A stretch of 64,000 bases of DNA from Azolla caroliniana. Its lineage: Eukaryota; Plantae; Polypodiophyta. The stretch covers positions 8,308,001 to 8,372,000 of the forward strand of contig JBHGNT010000018.1 in the NCBI GenBank assembly GCA_043228905.1. The letters are read 5' to 3'. The notes under the pieces were generated by a model. That model had not been told where the DNA came from. It searched no databases and worked only from the letters and a program-made list of their open reading frames with translations. Every line of letters begins with the position of its first letter. Positions within the stretch are counted from its first letter, which is position 1. Shown one piece after another: positions 10,360 through 20,269 of this stretch. The position numbers were made by a program, and so were the translations under genes.

Positions 10360-12487
10360 ATGTCTTCAAAGAGAATCGAGCGTGAGGACTCCAGGTAGGC
10401 CTCTGACACTGTGGACATTTTTGTAAATATGTTTCGTTTCTCAAGAGCTCGATACGTCGTATCGAGTTCATGTATACAATACAAATATTTATACATGAAC
10501 TCGATACGCCGTATCGAGTTCCTGTTTAAAGTTTGAATTTTAAACAGGAACTCGATACGCCGTATCGAGTTCCTGTTTATAGTGTAGGTTTTAAACACGA
10601 ACTCGATACGGCGTATCGAGTTCGTGTTTAAAGTGTAGGTTTCAAACACGAACTCGATACGCCGTATCGATATCGAGTTCCTGTTTAAAGTGTTGGTTTT
10701 AAACACGAACTCGATACAGCGTATCGAGTTCCTGGAACTCGATACGCCGTATCGAGTCCCTATATATAAGAAGGCGTTGAGAGAGAAAAATCGTGTTTTG
10801 GGGGTAACAAATAATTATGGGGTGGAAAAGATATCAAATTATCTGGCAAAATCAGTCTTTTTTATGTTGACTTTCCTTACTTTTAAAGAAAAACATGCTC
10901 TAAGTCTTTCAAATACTGAAATTGTAGTCTATCTGGTGCAATTCAAAGTTCTAGTCTTGATTTTTAATTTTACAGTCATAAGGTGTACATGAAGATCCAA
11001 GAAGTTATAATGAAACAACTTGGATGTATAACTTGGGAACAAGTGACCGAGGATTATCCTCTAACGTCTTCGTATAAGGCGTTATCAGAGTATTTTATTG
11101 CATTCAAGGATTGGGTTAGTATTCATGTTTTTTCACTACCCTTTCATCATATGTAGAGCTTGTAGAATAATACTTGATGTCCCATTGCTTCTATTAGAAA
11201 CCGTGTCGAGGCAAGAAACAAGGAGAAGTTAAGGATATACACGATTTCCCTACATCCTTCCTTGCACATCTCGAGCGAGCCAGAAAAGAAAAGGATCGTC
11301 GATTAGTCAAGGCGTACGAAATGGAGGAAGATGGCTCCTTTAAAAAATTTAGCCACAAAAAAGATATTACAAGAGATCTTTACTACAATGTGGTTTGCGG
11401 TGATGTCATCGACTTGATCCAGAAGGTGCCAAAGAAGGAATATACGCTAATGATTGCGGATATTCCTTACGGATTTTGAATGGCTGGGTCATCATACGAC
11501 GATGAACCGTTTAGGTTTAAACAATTGGAGAAGATGGTCAAGGATTTCGCTGAGCTAACGACCGCATCCTTGTGGCGAATAGTTGTCTTTCATAGTATGG
11601 ACCAAGGGTACTCGGTAGCTCAAGCTTTGAGATCTCGTTGCCATGGCATCGAGAACCTTGCATGGTAAGGATTATTTATAGGTGTCTTTCACTATATTGC
11701 ATTTCTTAAGGTTGTTGAATCTATTCTTAACTCGATGAATTATTTTTTATAGGATCAAGACCAATGTAAATAGAGGGACAACTTTTCGGTTCGTTAATGC
11801 CATTGAATACATAACGGTTGGCTACTTCGATGAAATTAAGAAACAGAGAATCAAAGAGCATTCTAATGAAGTGGGAGGTTCAAATCTGTTGGTATATCCA
11901 GCAGTGACTCAGAAATTGCGACATGTCACCACGACAGAACGGGGACTTGTCAACCCATACCAAAAACCTCAACGACTTATGATGCACTTGATCGAGATGT
12001 TTTCTGTCGAAGGAGACTGGATATTAGATCTCTTTTCTGGCACAGGTATTCCTCGAACTAGGGTAACGATCTTGAGATAACCAATCACTTTTTTGTCGTT
12101 TGACAACTAAATCTTCTTGTTACTTACATCACAGGAACTATGTCAGCATGTGCATTGAAGCTGTTTAGAAATACAGTTGCATTGGAGAAGGACGAGGACC
12201 AAGTTATATTTATTAATATGCGGATTAAGGCTTTGTGGGAGTGCCCAGACCAGGATGAGGAGGTCGGTGCAAAGAACCTCGCCAATACAGAAAGGTTTCA
12301 ACCTGCTTCGCGAGAGCCTATTCCTCCGTTAGCCGGCGAACCGGGGGAGCTAATAGAGCTTGATGATGAACTTATAGAAGATATTTCGTTGGCTCGGCTA
12401 ACAGGGGAAACCAATGCACGTATAGCCGAAGACAGTTCTACACAAGATGATGAAGAAAATGACGTTGATGAATTGATTGCTATGTAA
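10360..12487 (+). pseudogene. Spliced beta-class N6-adenine/N4-cytosine DNA methyltransferase (N6_N4_Mtase-like), 428 codons, one in-frame stop
   Basis: Exons 10360-10394, 10976-11114, 11198-11664, 11753-12045, 12135-12487; all introns GT-AG and phase-compatible (1287 nt total). Motifs VVCGDVIDLI, LMIADIPYG (DIPY at 11459-11470), WIKTN...EYI, NPYQKPQRLMMHLI, WILDLFSGTGTMSACALKLFRNTVALEKD. TGA at 11477-11479. Exon 1 is the least certain. Confidence 0.88.
10446..10757. repeat. Array of seven 23-bp palindromes with hairpin spacers (period about 51 bp)
   Basis: aactcgatacg-N-cgtatcgagtt at about 10446, 10498, 10549, 10600, 10651, 10708, 10736; spacers such as cctgtttaaa-gtttgaat-tttaaacagg. Confidence 0.95.
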
Positions 12488-12907
12488 TAGACTCTATAAA
12501 GAATATGACACTAACGATTTGTTAAGATTTCACATTATTAATACAAATTTTGGGTTTTACCTAGTGGATTCTATTCTTTATAATCTTCTATATGTTTCAA
12601 TTTTATTTTTATATACTTGATTAGTAGATTTATGACATTGGTTTCACCGCGTGCATAGCTGACTACCAAACTTATGGAGAAACATGAACTAGTTTAAATG
12701 GAGGCTGATTTTGGTCCAAGCTAACCTTAACAGAACATGGCCCTATAATTGTTGCCATGACTGTCCATGTTGTTATTATGGATCTTTGTCTTCTATTGTT
12801 AAAACTATTATTTTTCTATTCCATTGCTGCTTAGATTGTGTAGTGTGTTGATAATGGTTCCAGTTGCGTTATTGTTCGGAGTTTGATCTTGTGTGAATCA
12901 CCTAAGC

Positions 12908-13152
12908 AATAGAGTAGATCAATTTTAAATACAGGTATGAAAGCCTAATAGGTTTGTTATTTCCACGACATTATCCTAAAGTTCACTGCCTTACATTGTG
13001 CACAATTATATACACATATGGTTTGATCCCATATGAACAAACTGAGGAATAGATTAGATCAACTTTAAATACAAGTATTGAATACTTTAATAAGTTAGTT
13101 ATTCCAATCACTTATCCTAATGTGCACTATCCTACATTTTCCACAATTACAT
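12908..13152. repeat. Diverged direct repeat (about 140-bp spacing) in the transposon right arm
   Basis: aatagagtagatcaattttaaatacaggtat... at 12908 versus aatagattagatcaactttaaatacaagtat... at 13048. Confidence 0.7.
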
Positions 13153-14741
13153 ACATGCACGTATGGGTCAAAGTATAAATTATATCTCATTTTATTAGTA
13201 TGGATACAAGTACACCTTATATTTTTGTAAAACCTACCTAATTAATATAAGTCTTTAAGTTAGTGTTTCCCTTGTCGCACAATAGTGCCATATTGAGCCA
13301 TAGTTGAACTTTATTATGCCTACATTAACTTATCAACATGTCTAAACTTGCATGATTTCTAATGATCTCCACTCGTAGATTTATCATGTATTTTTATATT
13401 TGCAAATTCTCATCAAGTTGAGGAACATGTGATACTAGTGCATACAATTTTTGTAGAGAGGGTGTATTTGCTTCGTTTTAAGAAGATTCTACAAGTGGAA
13501 TGCGCAATCCTTCCACTTGTGAACGCGAACGTGATCCTAGCCCTCCTGTACACCTATACGGCTAGCACTAGGCATGTTGTGGGACAGTATATTGCATGTT
13601 GAACCTGCAAGCCCATTGCCACTCTTGTTAACCGGAACTCCATCGGTCCTCCCTTCTCTCATAGTCAGAAATCCCTCGACCGGATTACTGCTCTAAGATC
13701 GATAGCTTTGATTGGAGTTGGGTTGACACGAACCTTCTCATTCGGTCAGCATGATTGTGGGTAGATCGCACAGGAATAAGCTTATCTACTGTGGTAAAGT
13801 CATTTATGTTTAACAATGATTGTGTGTGTGTGTGTGTGTGTGTATAGATATGTATAGATATAGATATGTTTTTCGTCCTTAGTATGAGTAGTGATGAGTT
13901 ATTGTACCCTTGCGTTTCCGAAATTGTATGTTGTACTCCTCAGGTTTTAAAAATTTTATAAAAAATTTCTCTTCTACCCTCTGGTTTTTGGAATTTTGGG
14001 TCATGCCCTCAAGTTTTTTTTAATTTCTCCCCATGCCCTCTCTCTTTATTTTTTCACTTTTCTTGTTATTTATTCCTGTCGTCCGGTTTTTCTTTCTCCA
14101 TATTCTTCTAATTTTGCATCTGACTCTAAAGCTCAACTTTCATATCAATCGATCTATTGCTCCTCTCCTAACAATACCTATCTGTCTGTTTTCTTGTCTT
14201 CCGTCTTCTCCATCCTTGTTGCCTATGTGCTTTCCATCTTCTCTTTGTTTGCACTGCACTATCATTTCCTCTTCTTCTCTCATCGGCTCTTCAATTTGTA
14301 TTCCAGCCTTCTCAATTTCCAACTGGGCTTGATATTTAGTTTCTTCCCCTTGTCTGATTAGCATATCAAACCATTGTTCTACAAGACGCGCAAATGATTC
14401 CTGAAAGTGGTTTTTTTCGCTATAGGCATGACAAGTTCATGGTATGAAGAGCCTTTCGATTCTAGTGGCAATGATGATGGTAGCCAATGTGATGGTGGTG
14501 GCCCACGGGGGTTGTGACCAAGTGGCCCCAATGCAAATACTGTCCATTGTTCCTGGCTCTCGATCCATGAGGACTGCCCTTGATGGTAATTGTGTCCTGC
14601 TTTCTCGATGATACCGAGTTTCGGAGATGAAGATCACTGGAACATATTGATGGAGTGCTTGAGAGAGTAGAAGGTGGTGTTATTTTAAAGGGAGTGCTGA
14701 GGCTGGAACGAGAATGATAACTGTTGCGAGTGGTGATGATG

Positions 14742-17700
14742 TGTGAAATGTTACGTGCGGTAGCTATATGAAACACAAAATACCAATAAGAAAAAATAGG
14801 TTTAATGGAGACCTTCAGACACGATGTACGCGGGAGAGACTAAGAGGGAAATAACACACAGAAAAAACTAAATTCAAATAATGTGTAAACTCTGTACATA
14901 GGATGTGCTCAGAGAGCACTTTTATACAAGTCAATACGGACTAACAAAAGTACTGACACGTACAATGCTCATAACTCAGGTCCTACACTAACTCCCAAAT
15001 ATATTCCCTCGCGGAATATCTATTCAATGGGCTCTCGGTTTCCGCACCGATCTGGCCTCTTGTTGCGCACCGGTTTGAGCACCGATCCGGCAAATGTTGA
15101 GCTTGTATCTCAACACTCCCCCTCAAGGTCAACTTGAGGCTCTTCTGGTCCTTCACTCCGGTTTCTCTTGACTTCACACCTCGCTCACACTCCTTGACCC
15201 GTTCGATTCCGCGTGCCTCAACTCTTACGGTCGGTTTGTCTGCTTGTGCTACCTTTTCTAGCTCCCTTGCTGTCATGGTGTTGGCACCTCTTTTGCTACC
15301 CTTTCTTCCGCTTGGCCTTCAGTTGATTCGGCGTCTCCAAATCAAACATCCGAGCCGAATCGGCTGGCTCCAATTCTTCTTCGCTTTTGTCTGAATTGTT
15401 TGTCTCCAATTCGTCCTCAATCTTGGCCTTCTCGACCTTGTTGGCTTCAACTCCCCGATGCTTGGCTGGGTCTGGCTCTTTCTTTCGGTTGCTGCCCTCT
15501 CATCCGCTTCCGAACTCTTCCACGGATCCACCTTTGGCTCCTTAAGCCGACACTAAATCGAATTCATGATCCGATTTGGTGCCGTGGTCACTTCCACTCC
15601 TTTCCTGCTCCTTTCCATGGTCATGCGGGACTTTTCTCCCCCTCAAGTAATCATCCGATTTGGTGTCGTGGTCACTTCCACTCCTTTCCTGCTCCTTTCC
15701 ATGGTCATGTAAGACTTTTCTCCCCTTCAAGTTCGGTACATCGAGGTGCCGCAACCCAAGCGCACCCGAGAATTGTTGCAACTTGTCTAGACCAAGGGGT
15801 TTGGTGAAGATGTCGGTGTTCTATCGATGCGTCGGAACATACTGAAGTTCGAATTCACCAGAGAGGACTCGCTCGCGAACAAAGTGGTAGTGCACCTCAA
15901 TGTGCTTAGTCCGGGCGTGGAAGACAGGGTTCTTCGCAAGTTGGATGTTGCTGAGGTTGTTGCAGTAGATCGTCATTGGACCAGACACCTCCACCTACAA
16001 ATCCTTAATTAGCCACTTCAGCCATATGGCTTCGCATGTAGTGACATCCGCTCCTCGATACTTGGCCTCTGTGCTCGACAATGCAACTGTCGGTTGCTTC
16101 TTGCTACTCCACGGGATCGCGGCGCTCCCAAGGGAGAACGCGAATCCAGATGTGGATCAGCGATCGCCGGCATTTCCGGCCCAGTCGGCATCCGAATAGC
16201 CGACTAGTTGCGCGGCAGTACCGGTCTGATATAGTAGCCCCCGGTCCTTAGTGCCACTGACGTACCAGAGTATGTGTTGCGCGCACTGAAGGTGCTCCTT
16301 GGTTGGCCGCACCATGTACTAACTAATCAAGCCAATCGGGTAACTGAGGTCCGGTCGGGTGATAGTCAAGTATATGAGGCTTCCGACAATCTGTCAAAGC
16401 CTTTTCGTGTTGCAGACCTTTCCGGAGTCGGGGTGAAGCTTCATGGTTCTGTCCAGAGGAGTTGAGTTGGACTTACAGTTTACCATCCTGAATTTGAAGA
16501 GCATACTCAGCACATAATGTCGTTGGCTGACCAGTATGCCTTCGGGGGTTCTAATCACTTCGATCCCGAGAAAGCAATGAAGGTCCCCCAGGTCCTTCAT
16601 ATCAAATGATGCCGCAAGCTAGAGCTTTACGCGATCAATTTCACCTAAGTCAACGCCGGCGATGATCAAGTCATCAACATAAAGTAAAATACTAACCGGC
16701 CCAAGTCAACCTTGTCGGACGAACAATGAAGAGTCCGATTTGGATGTCGCAAATCCCATCCGACATAATCGATGCGTCATCTTCGCGTACCAGGCACGCG
16801 GGGCTTGCTTTAGTCCATAAAGGGAATTCTTCAATCGGCATACCGTTGAAGTGTTCGTTCCAGAGTGAAATCTGGCGGGTTTTACCATGTACAGTTGTTC
16901 CTCAAGCTCGCCTTGCAAGAACGCATTCTTTACATCCATCTAATGTAAGTGCCACCCCTTCGCCGCAGCTACCGCAAGCAAAACACGGGTTGTCATCATC
17001 TTGGCGACCGGCACAAACGTCTCATTGTAATCGATGCCTTTCGCTACTAACCAGGCCTTGTATCGGTTGACCGAGCCATCGGTGTTGTACTTGACCTTGT
17101 ACACCCACATGCATCCAATCGGCATTACAACCTTTGGGGCATCAACTAGGTCCCAGGTATCATTCTCTACAAGTGCGTTCATCTCTTCGTCCATGGCGGC
17201 ACGTGAATTTACGTCCTCTGTTGCTTCTGCGTAGCTCTCTGGCTCACGCACTTCCGCTACATGTGTCATGTACGGATAGTGATGTGCCATGTACTCGTTG
17301 TATCGGAACTGCATAATAGGGTTCTTCTGGTGGGTAGATCGGCGTAATTGCTCATTAGCCGATGTTGAGGCCGTTCTGGCCGACGCGGGCTTCACTCTTG
17401 AAGACCCGTCATCGCTCTTCTCGTAGTCGGATTTGTGGTGATCCTACTCTTCCCTATCTATGCCGTACTCCGACATCTTCTTCATTTCCTTTTCTTTGCG
17501 TGTAAGACATCTCTTCATCATTCGGTCTTCTTAGCTGAAATGAGATCAGACTCTCTTCAAGAGTGTCAACTTCGCACTCATGAGGGAGCATCTCAGCCTC
17601 GCTGACCTCATCTTCAGAACTCGGATTGGAGTTGAGCTCCGGAGTCGGAGGCAAATTCCAAGACGCGGACTCATCGAACACAACATCGCAACTTATGTGA

Positions 17701-20269
17701 GCTTGTTTGGTTTGAGCGTTATAACACTTATAACCCTTCTATTCGTCTGAGTAGCCGACCAAGATACAGTTCTCGGATTTCGTGTACAGCTTCCTCCGCT
17801 TCTCCTTCGGCACATGCACATACGTGATGCTACCGAAAACCCTCAAGTGTCGTAGATTCGGCTCCCTTCCGAAATACAGCTCATGTGCCGACACTTTTCC
17901 TCCGATCCAATTCTAGATGTAGACCATAGTTCAGACCGCTTCAGCCCAATAGAACTTGGGCATGCTCTTTTCTTCTAGCATTGCCCATGCCGCTTCCACA
18001 ACCGACCGATTCTTCCTTTCGGCTACGTCATTTTGCTCCGGTGTATACGTGCAACTGAATTCGCTCTGAATTCCCATTTGTTGCAGATAACTGTTGAATT
18101 GGCCGGAAAAGTACTCTTTTCCGCCATCCGACCGAAGACACTTGATCTTCCTCCCCGTTTCCTTTTCGACAATATTTTTGAGGTTCTGGAAACATTTGAA
18201 CACTTCACTCTTCTTTTCGATGAGCTAGATCCATGTGTGCCGGGTGTAGTCATCGACGAAGGAGATGAAATATCGACTCCCGCCAAAACTCGTGGTCTGT
18301 GCCGATCCCCATACATCTGAAAGTATCAAGTTGAGCTTATTTCGGCTCCGATTACGCTCATTGGGGAAAGGACGTCAGTGTTCCTTCCCTAGCTGGCAGG
18401 CTTCACAAATTTGGGCCTTTGGAGCACTGAATTTCGGCAATCCGAACACAAGTTGTTTCAATTGCAAGTCCTGAAGCCTTTGGTAGTTGACGTGGCCTAT
18501 CCACTTATGCCACAAGTCAATATCTGACTCGACCTTTTGACCTTTCGCGAACATGGTGGTGCCTACGTCATTGGTTTCGAGGATGAACATCCTCCCATCT
18601 TTGCACCCTTGCACAATAACTTGGCCGTCTTCCTCGATGAAGCACCCGAGATGCGTGAACCGGACTTGCATCCCCTAGTCGACGATCTGTTCGATCGACA
18701 CCAGATTCTTCGTAATTGTCGGGACATGTAAGACGTTCATTAGCTTCCTTTTTTGCCCAACGTGGTTGAGCGGAACTTCACCGACATGTATGATCAGATG
18801 CGGAGTGTCGTCTCCTGTTGCAACTACTCCAGGTTGTTCCGGTTTTTCCAGATATGATAAGCGCTCTTTATGGCTCGTCATATGGTTTGACGCTCTTGAG
18901 TCAACGTACCACGCTCCGTACGATATCGGGGTGATCTTCTTCATCGAGTTCGTTTTGTGTCTTTGAACGAAGGTTGCACCCTTTGCGACTTTTTCGGATC
19001 CTTCGACGTAGTGCGACCACTACTGATTTGCTTGTTCAATCCATCCAAATTTGGATCCGGTTTTCTCCGAATCGGCGTGCTTCTTCCAACACTCACTCTC
19101 CTTGTGACCTTTCTTGCCACAATACCAACATTCCGCGGTGTGTGTCCCTTGTCGGTTCTCGTCGCCTCCTTGACTCCCCCTACTTCTGGAGGGTCCGGAA
19201 TTGCTGTCGGCATCACCACGATGCCTTCTTCCTTGCTCTCGTCGGCCGCCTCCATTACGCGCTGACTCACCTCGTCTGCCATGACTATGGGGCCTATCTC
19301 CCTCCGTGTACAACATCTTGTTGTTAGTGTGCATACTCGTCGACGCACCCGTGTGATTCTCCTCTATAAGGAGCATTGACTGCAAGTCAAAAAACGACGG
19401 CGTATTCTCCCTTGTACAAATAGTAGTGCGGAATGCCCCGAACTTCAACGCAAGTCCTCCGAGGCAGATCTGCACCATTTCGCCCTCCTCAACATTCACA
19501 TCGATAGAGGCGAGGGAGTTGCAGATTTCCTTTATCTTGGAGGTGTAGTCAGCCACTATCACGTCGCGTTGACGCAGATTGCTCAACTCCTGTTGGAGTT
19601 AGAGCTTCCTGGCTATGGTGCTTGCGGCGAAAATATTTTTCAGATTTCCCCAAGCATCCTTCGGCGTTCGGGTTTCGCATCATTCGCTCCATCAACATAG
19701 CTCACTATCCATGTCCGAGCAGGTAATGGTGCATCTTGTATGACCAAGATGTGTAGTTACTTCAGTTGAGTTTCTCAGTTCGAAGCGAACTAGCCATACC
19801 TCTATCCATTTTTTCCTTTCTGTGCATCACCAAGATTAGGTTTATTTGTTTTGTTTTGAGCTAAAGTCGGCTATACAGGTTCTCAACCCTCACGCTCTGA
19901 TACCATGTGAAATGTTATGTGCGGAAGCTATATGAAACACAGAATACCAACAGGAAAAAACAAGTTTAATGGAGAGCTTCAAACATGATTACGCGGGAGA
20001 GACAGAGATGGAATTAATACACAGAAAAAACTAAATTCAAATAATGTGTAAACTCTGTACATAGGATCTGCTCAGAGAGCACTTTCATACAAGTCAATAC
20101 GGACTGACATGTACTTCAATGCTCATAACTCAGCTCCTACACTAACTCCCAAATATATTCCCTCACGAAATATCTATTCAATGGCCTCCCGGTTTCCACA
20201 CTAATCCGGCCTCTTGTTGCGCACCGGTTTGTGCACCGATCCGGCGAATGTTGAGCTTATATCTCAACA
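14742..20269 (-). mobile_element. Degenerate full-length Copia LTR retrotransposon
   Basis: LTRs 14742-15115 and 19906-20269; TSD tgatg on both sides; iMet PBS 19894-19905; PPT 15116-15127; gag with CWYCGKKGHKESEC knuckle, integrase, RT and RNase H fragments with many stops. Confidence 0.96.

Larger units (their letters stand above)
7110..13533. mobile_element. TIR DNA transposon carrying a transposase and a DNA amino-methyltransferase gene
   Basis: TIRs cacgttcgcgttcacaagtggaaggatcgcgcat (7110-7143) and its reverse complement (13500-13533), 1 mismatch in 34; the interrupted host LTR resumes directly after the right TIR; no clear TSD (taaa|...|atcc). Confidence 0.92.

Noticed and set aside
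10248-10706. 152-aa repetitive ORF on the minus strand
   Set aside because: By-product of the 51-bp palindromic array.
10446-10757. CRISPR array
   Set aside because: Spacers resemble each other and are self-complementary, there are no cas genes, and the array lies in a spliceosomal intron.
10360-12487. Bacterial contamination or a restriction-modification operon
   Set aside because: The gene has four phase-consistent GT-AG introns, sits within TIRs nested in a plant LTR, and has no nuclease partner.
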